In this document: positions 40,727-49,747 of the stretch, one piece after another | Position numbering within the stretch: position 1 is the stretch's first letter | How the letters are laid out: the number at the start of each line of letters is the position of its first letter | Source: an uncultured Actinomycetes bacterium | GTDB lineage: Bacteria; Actinomycetota; Thermoleophilia; RBG-16-64-13 | DNA: 64,000 bases | Assembly: GCA_963706025.1 (NCBI GenBank) | Contig: CAVPLM010000005.1 | Span: forward strand, 128,001 to 192,000 | Direction: 5' to 3' | Position numbers and translations under genes: made by a program | Notes under the pieces: generated by a model | The model's database searches: none | What the model saw: the letters and a program-made list of their open reading frames with translations, nothing else | What the model was told of the DNA's origin: nothing

Positions 40727-42127
40727 ATGGCACTAGCGACGATCGATAGCAAACGGGTCGCCGAGTTGGCGGCGCGGGAGGAGAAGCGCCTCGAGGCCGA
40801 GACTCCCAAGTCATACGAGCTGTTCAAGCGGGCGTCGAAATCGCTCGTCAACGGGGTGTCGTCCACCTATCAGATGCGCGATCCCTATCCAGTGTATTTC
40901 ACCCACGGCAAGGGCTCCAAGATCTACTCCGTCGACGGACACGAGCTCAGCGACTTCCACAACGGCTTTGGCTGCATGGTGCAGGGGCACGCGCATCCGG
41001 CCATCGTCGAGACCATCAAGAAGCGGTGCGAGCTGGGTACCCAGTTCGCCCTACCCACCGAGGACTCGGTCATCGTGGCCGAGCATCTGGCCAAGAACTT
41101 CCGCCTGCCCAAGTGGCGCTTCGTGAACTCCGGCTCCGAGGCCACCATGGATGCCATCCGCATCGCCCGGGCGTACACGGGCCGGGAGCAGGTGCTCAAG
41201 ATCTTCGGCTCCTATCATGGCCATCACGACTACGTGATGGTGAGTCTGGGCGTCGCCGATTTCGGCGACATCGGACCCCGCGACAACTACAAGTCGATCT
41301 CCTACGGGGCCGGGATCCCCAAGGCCGTCATCGACATGACGGCTGCCGTGCCCTTCAACGACGCCCCCATGATGGAGGCCCGCATCGAACACCTGATCGA
41401 AGAAGGCCGCAAGCCGGCCTGCGTCATCATGGAAGCGGCCATGATGAATCTGGGCGTGGTGCTGCCCGAGCCGGGTTACCTCCAGGCGGTGCGGGACATC
41501 ACCAAGAAGCACGGCATCGTGCTCATCTTCGACGAAGTGAAGACCGGCATCTGCACGGCCGCCGGCGGCGCCGTCGAGCGCTGGGGCGTGGTGCCCGACA
41601 TGGTCACCCTGGCCAAGGCGCTGGCCGGCGGGCTGCCTTCGGGAGCCATCGGCGCCTCCGAGGAGGTCATGGAAGTGGTGCAGAGCGGCAAGGTCTACCA
41701 GGTGGGCACCTACAGCGGCAATCCGCTGTCCATGGCCACCGCCCGCACGAGCCTTGAAGAAGTAATGACCCCCGACGCCTACAAGCACCTCAACTACCTG
41801 AACGACCGGCTGATCAACGAATGCGACGCCATCTGCGCCAAGTACGACTTCCCCGGCTACACCGTGGGCATCTCGTCGAAGGGCTGCGTCAACTTCGCCA
41901 CCGGCAAGATCACCGACTACGAATCGTTCATCAAGTACCAGAACGTCGAGCTGTGCTACCTGGCCTGGCTGTACAACATGAACCGCGGCGTCATCATCGC
42001 CCCGGGTCGCGAAGAGGAGTGGACCCTCTCGGTGCAGCACACCGACGAGGACATCGATCGCTACGTGAGCGCCTTCGAAGACCTGGTGAAGGAAGTGACT
42101 TGCTTGACCGGACGCACCACCGCTTGA
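40727..42127 (+). CDS. Class III aminotransferase (glutamate-1-semialdehyde aminomutase-like)
   Basis: RFVNSGSEATM, SYHGHHD, LIFDEVKTG, PLP lysine in TLAKALAGG, GTYSGNPL. Confidence 0.9.
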   Translation: MALATIDSKRVAELAAREEKRLEAETPKSYELFKRASKSLVNGVSSTYQMRDPYPVYFTHGKGSKIYSVDGHELSDFHNGFGCMVQGHAHPAIVETIKKRCELGTQFALPTEDSVIVAEHLAKNFRLPKWRFVNSGSEATMDAIRIARAYTGREQVLKIFGSYHGHHDYVMVSLGVADFGDIGPRDNYKSISYGAGIPKAVIDMTAAVPFNDAPMMEARIEHLIEEGRKPACVIMEAAMMNLGVVLPEPGYLQAVRDITKKHGIVLIFDEVKTGICTAAGGAVERWGVVPDMVTLAKALAGGLPSGAIGASEEVMEVVQSGKVYQVGTYSGNPLSMATARTSLEEVMTPDAYKHLNYLNDRLINECDAICAKYDFPGYTVGISSKGCVNFATGKITDYESFIKYQNVELCYLAWLYNMNRGVIIAPGREEEWTLSVQHTDEDIDRYVSAFEDLVKEVTCLTGRTTA

Positions 42128-42189
42128 GGGGTCCTGGCGGGGCGGGTTCCCAAGTCGAGCCGGTGGGAGGGAATCGTGGTCGTGAACTC

Positions 42190-42216
42190 GGGGCGGCGCC
42201 CATGGGGCGCCGCCCC
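42190..42216 (+). terminator. GC-rich hairpin after the aminotransferase
   Basis: GGGGCGGCGCCC-ATG-GGGCGCCGCCCC perfect 12-bp stem. Confidence 0.55.
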
Positions 42217-42261
42217 GCCATATGGTGAGCTCTTACCTTCTGAGGTCTCGCCTCAGTCTGA

Positions 42262-42290
42262 TTGCCGAAGACGCTCTGTCCCTCTAGTAT
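42262..42290 (+). promoter_or_regulatory. Putative promoter of the SLH protein gene
   Basis: TTGCCG-N17-TAGTAT; SD AGGAGG before GTG 42328. Confidence 0.55.
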
Positions 42291-42327
42291 GGGCCGGGAG
42301 TCGCGAAGCCGAGCTTAGGGAGGGCTA

Positions 42328-44133
42328 GTGAGCCAAAGGCGCGTTCTTGTCCTTTTTGGAATCCTCTGTCTCTTGGCCGTCACGGTGTTCGGGGCGGGTC
42401 TCCTCTCGCCTTCGAGGGCGTTCGCAGCCGGTACGTGGACGCCGGAGCGCATCTACAGCAACGCGACCAATGAGACGGCCGCGGTTAGGACCCAAGGTGA
42501 TTACGTGGTCTGGGCGACGTACGACCGCAGCGAAGGAGAGTACGCGGACCTGTTCGTGTACACCATCTCCACCAAGCAGACGAAGAGGATCGCCGGGCGC
42601 GACCTCGCGTTCCACATCGACGAAGAACCGTTGCTCGACGGCACCCACGTCGTCTGGGAAGAAGAAACCTCGGACGAAGCGTCCGACATCATCCTCTACG
42701 ACATCGCCACCGAACAGACGAAGAGACTGAGCGGCGGCGCCCTCGACACATATGAGATGCATCCCTGTGTGCAGGGCGACTGGGTGGTATGGGACGGGCT
42801 GGTGGCACCCGGCCCGGACTATTGGGTTTATGAGCCGGTGGTGTTCGCATATCGCATCTCCACCTCCGGCCCTGTCCAGGTCATCCGCTGGCGTACGCAT
42901 GAGACGCAGGCGCACTCGGCGGACTACCGTTCCATGGACGAGGCTCCTTGGGTATCGAACGGCAAGATGGCGTGGACCTTCGAGCGCCCCGATGGCAACC
43001 CCTATCTCGGCATCATGGACTTAGCCACGGCAACGGTCGAGTGGCAGTGGAAGCTGCCGGCAGCGCACACCTATTGGCCTTGCTACGGGGTCGGGCAGGC
43101 CAACCTGATGTGGAACGGGTACCTGCTCATCCGCTTGGGTTCCCCGAACCCCGCTTCGCAAGGTGGCCTCTTGGACGGTCTCTGGCTGAGGAACCCCGGC
43201 CAGACCGAGCCGGAGGTGCTCCGAGCCGACGCCGCGACCTACACCTTCTGCTCCGACATCCGGGGTGGGAACGCCGTTTGGGCGTCCGGGGACGTATACA
43301 TCAAGAAGCCGGGGGGCCAGGTCACGAAGCTGGCGAATACCAGCGGGGTGATCGACCTTTCCAGTGACGGCTCTTATCTGGCCTGGATCCGCCAGGGGAC
43401 GATCTGGTGGTACGACATCTCCACTGGGGAGTCGGTCTCGATGCCGGGCGCTGTGGGCATGCATCCGGCGGTCGCGGCCTCGCAGGTAGCGTGGGTCGGG
43501 GACTTCGTAGGCGGACGGTGTCACGGTGTCTACTTGGCGACTCGTGGCATGGCCGGCTTCCCGGACGTCGCCACCACCCATCCCTACTACACAGCCATCA
43601 GCGGCATGGCCGCCCGGGGCATCATAGGGGGCTACACCAACGGCAATTTTGGTCCGGGCGACCTGGTCATCCGCCAGCAGTTCGCCAAGATGATCGTCAA
43701 GACCCTGGGTCTCTCGGTCACGGGCACCGAAGTCTGTCCGTTCGTCGACGTGAGCGCCGGCACCGGGGCCGATCCTTTCTACCCGGCCAAGTACGTAGCC
43801 GTGTGCGCCCTCAACAACATCACCAAGGGCACAGATGCCACTCATTTCGCTCCTACTCGAAACATAACTCGCGCCCAGATGATCACCATGGTGGTGCGGG
43901 CGGCAGATAATCTGGCCGCCGGCAGCCTGCAGGCTGTGCCCACCGGCTGGGTCGGCCAACTCTCCTACGCCGATGCTACCCACGGGGCCAACATCCAGAA
44001 AGCCGAGTTCAACGGACTGCTGGCCGGTATTCAAGGTCCGGGCGGCACCCTAGCCGGCTGGAACACAGATGGCAACGCCACTCGGGGCGAAGTGGCCCAG
44101 ATGCTCTGGAATCTCTTGCAGATGCTGCCCTAG
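42328..44133 (+). CDS. Secreted S-layer homology (SLH) protein with a TolB-like beta-repeat N-terminus
   Basis: Signal peptide (AFA); G.YVVW/DGTHVVW/GDWVVW repeats; SLH motifs FPDV..GIIGGY..FGPGDLVIRQQFAKM, ITRAQM, ATRGEVAQML. Confidence 0.88.
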   Translation: MSQRRVLVLFGILCLLAVTVFGAGLLSPSRAFAAGTWTPERIYSNATNETAAVRTQGDYVVWATYDRSEGEYADLFVYTISTKQTKRIAGRDLAFHIDEEPLLDGTHVVWEEETSDEASDIILYDIATEQTKRLSGGALDTYEMHPCVQGDWVVWDGLVAPGPDYWVYEPVVFAYRISTSGPVQVIRWRTHETQAHSADYRSMDEAPWVSNGKMAWTFERPDGNPYLGIMDLATATVEWQWKLPAAHTYWPCYGVGQANLMWNGYLLIRLGSPNPASQGGLLDGLWLRNPGQTEPEVLRADAATYTFCSDIRGGNAVWASGDVYIKKPGGQVTKLANTSGVIDLSSDGSYLAWIRQGTIWWYDISTGESVSMPGAVGMHPAVAASQVAWVGDFVGGRCHGVYLATRGMAGFPDVATTHPYYTAISGMAARGIIGGYTNGNFGPGDLVIRQQFAKMIVKTLGLSVTGTEVCPFVDVSAGTGADPFYPAKYVAVCALNNITKGTDATHFAPTRNITRAQMITMVVRAADNLAAGSLQAVPTGWVGQLSYADATHGANIQKAEFNGLLAGIQGPGGTLAGWNTDGNATRGEVAQMLWNLLQMLP

Positions 44134-44324
44134 AGAGTGGCGGCGCAGGTCGCGACCGCGCGGAACTCTTGTGACTGCGCCGCCCCGCCCCTGGTCTTCC
44201 AGCGGGCTGTCGAACCTGTTCCTTGGCCCGGCCTCAACACCCCCCAGACGGGCTATGCAAAGTGCCGTGTGAACCTCTAGAGTGGGACCGGTCTGCATCG
44301 AACCGGGCGTGACTGGGAGGGGCT

Positions 44325-45512
44325 ATGGACGATCCTGGGTTTCGTCGGGTGTACTTCATCGACTGGCTGCGGATCCTCGCGGTACTGCTGCTTTTTCCGT
44401 TTCACACGCTGCGCGTCTTCGATGCTGGCGACCCTTTCTACGTCAAGTCTTCCCCATTGGTGGAGTGGGTGGGAGGCGTTCTTTCGTTCATCTCGGTGTG
44501 GCACATGCCGCTGCTCTTCTTTCTGGCGGGGTGCTCGACATACTATGCCTTGCGCAAGCGCAGTGGCGGCCAGTATTCGTGGGAGCGGGTCAAGCGGCTG
44601 CTGATTCCGCTCGTATTCGGGATCTTTGTCTTGATCCCGCCACAGACGTGGTACGGCGCCCAGTTCAACTCCGGGTACACCGACTCCTACTGGCACTACC
44701 TCTCCAGCGGCGACTTCCTGGTGTGGAACGTCCAGGACGGCGGCGACTACTTCGGCGGGTTTGGCATCGGACAGCTCTGGTTCATCTATTTCCTGCTGTT
44801 CATCTCGTTCATCGCGCTTCCGCTCATGCTATGGGGGGCCAGGGGCAGGGGTGTCCGCCGTATGCAGGCTTTCAGCCGGCGCCTTGCCCGCCCCGTCTGG
44901 TGGATCCTGGCCTTCGTCATCCTCTACGTGGGTGGCATAGCGCCGGACATCCCTGGTGGCCCCTTCGTGTATTACCTCTTCGTCTTCACGCTCGGCTTCG
45001 TTGCAGTATGCGACCCGAAGTTCATGGAATCGGCGGAGCGCTTCCGGGTACCGGCGCTCGTGGTCGGGGTGGCTCTGACGCTGTTCCAAGTGCTGAGTAC
45101 CGACTTCCGTGAGTCGTTCCCCGATCCGTCATGGCAGCGCGCCGTCCTTGCCATCGCGGAGGTGGCTGCCACCTGGCTGATGCTGGTGGGGATGATGGGC
45201 TTCGGCAAGCGGTACCTCGATCGAACGTCGCGGACGCAGAAGTACCTGGCTGAGGGTTCCTACCCCGTGTACATCCTGCATCAGACGGTCATCGTGATCA
45301 TCGCTTTCTACGTAGTCCAACTTGCGGTGCCGCAGTTGGTGCAGTGGGTGGTACTACTCATCGCGGCCGTCGCCGGCACGTTCGCCCTCTACGAGATCGT
45401 GCGCCGCGTGGGTGTTCTGCGCTTCCTGTTCGGAATGCGGCAACTCAAGCGGGCGCAACGCCCGGTCCAACCTGAACCGGCCCTGACCGGCACCAAGGGC
45501 CCGGAGATCTAG
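44325..45512 (+). CDS. Acyltransferase-3 family protein (OpgC/MdoC-like)
   Basis: RVYFIDWLR, HMPLLFFLAG, RVKRLLIP, QLWFI, SYPVYILHQ. Confidence 0.9.
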   Translation: MDDPGFRRVYFIDWLRILAVLLLFPFHTLRVFDAGDPFYVKSSPLVEWVGGVLSFISVWHMPLLFFLAGCSTYYALRKRSGGQYSWERVKRLLIPLVFGIFVLIPPQTWYGAQFNSGYTDSYWHYLSSGDFLVWNVQDGGDYFGGFGIGQLWFIYFLLFISFIALPLMLWGARGRGVRRMQAFSRRLARPVWWILAFVILYVGGIAPDIPGGPFVYYLFVFTLGFVAVCDPKFMESAERFRVPALVVGVALTLFQVLSTDFRESFPDPSWQRAVLAIAEVAATWLMLVGMMGFGKRYLDRTSRTQKYLAEGSYPVYILHQTVIVIIAFYVVQLAVPQLVQWVVLLIAAVAGTFALYEIVRRVGVLRFLFGMRQLKRAQRPVQPEPALTGTKGPEI

Positions 45513-45631
45513 TCCGAGTTCACGCAGCGCCCGACCCTTGAGCGCAGAACTGGCGGCATAGGTACAATGGCCGGCGGGGATGGACGTGAAGCCGACCGGC
45601 GGTGAACATCGCGGACAGATCGGAGATCGCA

Positions 45632-47065
45632 ATGGAGCACGAGAGGACCGTAGAGGCTGACGTGGTGATCATCGGGTCTGGCGCCTCGGGCTTGTGTGCC
45701 GCGCTGACCCTCAGTTTCGGGGGGGCTTCCGTACTCATGTTCGAGCAGGAGCCCGAACCTGGAGGCATGACCAACTACGCGGAAGGGATGTTCGCGGTCG
45801 GGAGCAAGCTGCAGAAGAAGAAGAAAGTCGGACTCACGGTCGAGGAGGCCTTCAACGTGCACATGGAAGAGACCCACTGGCTCGCGAACGCCCGCCTGGT
45901 GAGGACTTTCATGGAGCGGTCGGGCGAGACGATCGACTGGCTGGAGGGTCTGGGCGCCCAGTTCATCGGCCTGTTCAACATATCTCCGTTCACGCCGAGG
46001 GTATGGCACCAGATGGTCGGCTTGGGCAAAGAGGGGCTGGTCAAGCCGCTTTTCGACAGGGCGCAGGGAGCGAAGAACATCCAGATGTTCTTCGAGACCC
46101 CTGTAACGAGCCTAGTCATGGAGGAAGGGCGCGCCGCGGGGGTGGTGGCTGAAGACAAGGACGGGAACACGATCCGGGCCGAATCCAGGGCGGTCATCAT
46201 CGCGTCCGGCGGTTACCAGGACAACCAAGAGTGGGTGGACAGGTACTGCAAGTCTGGCTTCACGAGGCCGGTGGTTCCGGCGAACCAGACCGGGGGTCCC
46301 ATCCAGATGGCCTGGGACGTCGGCGCCGAACCTTACGATCTCGGCGTGATGCAGACCATCGTCCTCGTTCCCGAAGAGGAGCTCACCTCTCAGCTGCTGA
46401 CAGCGGGCTATCAGCCTCGTCTGTGGGTCAATCAACTGGGGGAGAGATACTGCAACGAATCGATCTGCTGGAAGTTCCCCATGGCGGGGAACGCCTTGGC
46501 ACGGCAGCCGGGGGCTGCGGCCTGGTGCGTATTCGATGACGACACCCGGGTGCACATGAAGGAAGAGGGCGTTCTGTATGTGCTGGGCGAGTTCTACGAC
46601 ATCCTGAAGAACCTGCCGGATATCGACGAAGAGCTGGCGCGGGGGATAGAAGCGGGCAAGGTCTTCAAGGGAGAGTCGCTCGCGAGACTGGCGGCCCAAA
46701 TCGGCGTGGACGGCGGAGCTCTGCAGGCCACAATAGATGAATACAACGACTGCTTCGACCAAAACTACGACCACATCTTCGGAAAGGACAAGATCTACCT
46801 GCAGGCGATCAAGAAACCCCCCTTCTATGCCGTGAAGCTCGGACTCGCCGCTTTCATGACCAACGGCGGAATCAGGATCAATCACAAGACCGAGGTCCTG
46901 ACGAAAGAACGCAAGGCGATCCCCGGACTCTATGCCGCCGGGTGCTGCGCCGGCGGTCTTCTTGGTGACACGTACGAAGTGTCGACGACCGGGGGCTCGC
47001 TCAGTTTTGCCGTGAACTCCGGACGCATGGCAGGGGAGAGCGCGCTGCAGTACCTGGGGAAGTAG
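45632..47065 (+). CDS. FAD-binding reductase/dehydrogenase (fumarate reductase flavoprotein superfamily), cytoplasmic
   Basis: DVVIIGSGASG, VIIASGGY, VNQLGERYCNE, PPFYA, TNGG, IPGLYAAG, NSGRMAG; no signal peptide. Confidence 0.88.
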   Translation: MEHERTVEADVVIIGSGASGLCAALTLSFGGASVLMFEQEPEPGGMTNYAEGMFAVGSKLQKKKKVGLTVEEAFNVHMEETHWLANARLVRTFMERSGETIDWLEGLGAQFIGLFNISPFTPRVWHQMVGLGKEGLVKPLFDRAQGAKNIQMFFETPVTSLVMEEGRAAGVVAEDKDGNTIRAESRAVIIASGGYQDNQEWVDRYCKSGFTRPVVPANQTGGPIQMAWDVGAEPYDLGVMQTIVLVPEEELTSQLLTAGYQPRLWVNQLGERYCNESICWKFPMAGNALARQPGAAAWCVFDDDTRVHMKEEGVLYVLGEFYDILKNLPDIDEELARGIEAGKVFKGESLARLAAQIGVDGGALQATIDEYNDCFDQNYDHIFGKDKIYLQAIKKPPFYAVKLGLAAFMTNGGIRINHKTEVLTKERKAIPGLYAAGCCAGGLLGDTYEVSTTGGSLSFAVNSGRMAGESALQYLGK

Positions 47066-47108
47066 AAGCTCCACTCCCGTTGACCTGCCCGCCTCCCGGC
47101 CGAAGGAG

Positions 47109-48272
47109 ATGACTTGGATGGAAGACGTGATGAAAGAGTTCGCCCAGCTGGCCACAGACAGGCCGGCCGAGCTCCGGAGACTCAAACAACAGGGCAAGAA
47201 GGTAGTCGCGTACATCGGCCACTTCGTCCCTGAGGAGTTGCTCTACGCTGCCGGCGTCGAGCCGTACTTGATCTGTAGGGGGGGCGAGCCGGAGCCACCG
47301 GAGGCGGTGCTGGACGACATGCTCCGGTTCTTGAATCCGCTGGCCCGGTCGATAGCGGGGTTCCACTTGATGGGCCTGGATCCAGTGATGCCGCTGGCCG
47401 ATCTCATCGTGGCCAGCCAGCCCGAGTGCCACATCCAAAGGATCGCGGAGCTCCTCGAGCACAAGGGACTGCCCGTCTTCAAGGTGGGTGTGCCCCCGAA
47501 CTGGGACAAGGCATATGCGGGCGAATACTACTTCCGCGAGCTGGAACAACTGAAGGACAGGCTCCAAGAGCTGACCGGAAACGCCATCGCCGACGAAAAG
47601 CTGCGCGAGTACATCGGCTACTCGAACGACATCAACCGAGCCCTCCGCAAGATCGACGAGCTTCGAAAACGGGACTCCCCGCCGCTCGGTGGTTACGAGT
47701 TCATCCACCTGAACCACCACTCGTTCTTCACCGAGCCGGAAGTCGCTGTGGAGAAGCTCCACCAGGTCTTCGCTGCGCTCGAGGACGCCCCGGCGAAGTT
47801 CCCCAAGAACGCTCCACGGATCCTGCTGGCCGGTCACGCCGTGGCGGTTGGCGACTATCTCGTGGTGAAGAACCTGGAGGATTCGGGTGCTCTCATCGCC
47901 ACGGAGATGCTGGACGAAGGCATCCGCTGGTACCGGTGGGATACCGCCGTCGAGGGCGATCCGCTCAGGAACCTGTGGCGGGTGAGATACCTGGACAAGG
48001 TGCCGGTCAACATCTTCCAGCCTGCCTGGAGAGACCGTTTCGAGCACATGCGTACCCTCATCGGCGACTACCGGATCGACGGCGTGGTGTGGTACCAGCT
48101 TGCGTATGACGAGATCTACGATATGGAGTGCACCGTTATCGCCAAGTGGCTGCGGGACCTGAAGGTGCCACTTCTGAAGCTGGAGACCTCGTACGAGTAC
48201 TCTAGGGAAGCGACGGGCCCGCTCAACACCAAGATCGAGAGCTTTGTCGAGAGCCTGCGGAGAGGTAGGTAA
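47109..48272 (+). CDS. 2-hydroxyacyl-CoA dehydratase family subunit (HgdB/FldC-like)
   Basis: GKKVVAY..FVPEELLYAAG, RILLAG, IDGVVWY, VPLLKLETSY, NTKIESFVE. Confidence 0.85.
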   Translation: MTWMEDVMKEFAQLATDRPAELRRLKQQGKKVVAYIGHFVPEELLYAAGVEPYLICRGGEPEPPEAVLDDMLRFLNPLARSIAGFHLMGLDPVMPLADLIVASQPECHIQRIAELLEHKGLPVFKVGVPPNWDKAYAGEYYFRELEQLKDRLQELTGNAIADEKLREYIGYSNDINRALRKIDELRKRDSPPLGGYEFIHLNHHSFFTEPEVAVEKLHQVFAALEDAPAKFPKNAPRILLAGHAVAVGDYLVVKNLEDSGALIATEMLDEGIRWYRWDTAVEGDPLRNLWRVRYLDKVPVNIFQPAWRDRFEHMRTLIGDYRIDGVVWYQLAYDEIYDMECTVIAKWLRDLKVPLLKLETSYEYSREATGPLNTKIESFVESLRRGR

Positions 48273-48274
48273 CC

Positions 48275-49747
48275 ATGGCGAGCACCATTTACGAAGAGTA
48301 TCTCGAGCTGGGCGCCTACGAGGGCAAAGAACGGCAGCGGCTGCTGCCGCAGTGGATCGAAGCCGCCACCCGCTTGGGGCTGACCGAAAAGGACATGGAG
48401 TTCGCCGTCCGCGAGTGGATCCCGGACATGTGGGACCTCAAGTACCTGGGCATCCGCAAGATGATCGGGGCGATCACGCGGGAAGCCATCGATCACGCCC
48501 ATCTGATGGAGCACAAGAAGCGCGGGGTCAAGCTGGTGTACGGCATCATCCCGGCCATCCTCACGCCCTATCAGGCCATCAAGAAAGCCGGAGGGGACAA
48601 GATCTTCGTCAGCTTTCCCGACATGTGCCTTATGAACTTCCTCCAGCCGCTCTTCCACAAAGGCGCCCCCCTCTTCGAACTGGCGGAGCAGGCCGGCCTC
48701 ACCTACGGTTGCCGCCACTGCGCCCTCAACAAACTGAGGATCGGGCTCCGGCTCAAGGACGTGGTACCGGCTCCGGACATCCAGTGGTCCTTCGGTCTCG
48801 TATGCGATGAGGCGACCAAGGTCGACGAGTTCATCAACTGCATGTACGACGACCAATGGTTCGCCGTCATAACCAGGCTGCCTCACGACACCTGCCTGGG
48901 AGAGGTCGATGACGAGATACCGGAGAGGGTGGAGTACCTCGCCGGGGCCTTCAAGGACGCCTACGAGGAGGTCCAGCGGGTCACGGGGATCCAAGTGAAG
49001 GAAGAGCACCTCGCCGCTGCATCGGATGACTTCCAGCGTTACCTGGGCAAGACCGACGTTCTTACCCGGCTGGTCGGGGAGGCCGACCCGCAGATGTTGC
49101 GAGGCTCGGAGCTCAACAACTTCTGTCATCCCTTCTCCATGCCCTTCAACACGGGGATTGAATACATGGAGGACGCTCTCGACACCATGATCGAAGAGGT
49201 CAGGCGGGAAGTGGCGAATGGCACGGGCGACTACCCCAAGGGAGCACCCAAGATAGCCGCCTTCTTCATCCCGTACGCGGTCCCCTGGGTGGACAAGGTC
49301 TTCATGGACAACGGCGTCGCCACCTCGTTCAGTCTGGGCATGATCCCGTCTGAGAAGCAGTTGATCCCGCCCAGCCACGACGACGTGTACCTGAACGTCG
49401 CCGAGCAGTGGCTGAGGATGGTGTTCGGCATGGGTTGCCACACCGAGGTGAAGACCTGGATCGAGAAGGTCAACAGGGTGAAGGTCGACGGACTACTCCT
49501 GGGCTTCTTCGACTACGACCGCTGGATCGGGCAGATCCACAAACTGGGGGCGAAGGAAGTTGAGAAGGCCACCGGGGTACCTACCTTCTACATCGAGGCC
49601 GACTTCTTCGACGATCGTGACTACAGCCAGGAGGCCCTACGCACCCGGATCGAGAGCATCAGCCAGGTGATCAAGATGCGGAAGGCGGCCAGAGAGCAGG
49701 GGGCGGTTGGACAGCGGGGAGCGGTCGGAGAGCGGGGAGCGGCCTGA
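48275..49747 (+). CDS. 2-hydroxyacyl-CoA dehydratase family subunit (divergent HgdA/FldB-like)
   Basis: GCRHCAL, VCDEATK, VDGLL, GVPTFYIEADFFDDRDYSQEALRTRIES. Confidence 0.8.
   Translation: MASTIYEEYLELGAYEGKERQRLLPQWIEAATRLGLTEKDMEFAVREWIPDMWDLKYLGIRKMIGAITREAIDHAHLMEHKKRGVKLVYGIIPAILTPYQAIKKAGGDKIFVSFPDMCLMNFLQPLFHKGAPLFELAEQAGLTYGCRHCALNKLRIGLRLKDVVPAPDIQWSFGLVCDEATKVDEFINCMYDDQWFAVITRLPHDTCLGEVDDEIPERVEYLAGAFKDAYEEVQRVTGIQVKEEHLAAASDDFQRYLGKTDVLTRLVGEADPQMLRGSELNNFCHPFSMPFNTGIEYMEDALDTMIEEVRREVANGTGDYPKGAPKIAAFFIPYAVPWVDKVFMDNGVATSFSLGMIPSEKQLIPPSHDDVYLNVAEQWLRMVFGMGCHTEVKTWIEKVNRVKVDGLLLGFFDYDRWIGQIHKLGAKEVEKATGVPTFYIEADFFDDRDYSQEALRTRIESISQVIKMRKAAREQGAVGQRGAVGERGAA

Noticed and set aside
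40727-42127. Calling the aminotransferase hemL
   Set aside because: It lacks the typical GGVNSPVR motif and has no tetrapyrrole gene context.
25425-42216. Similar GGGGCG..CGCCCC hairpins at 25425 and 42190 as a REP family
   Set aside because: Only two low-complexity copies with different internal order; more likely ordinary terminator-like stems.
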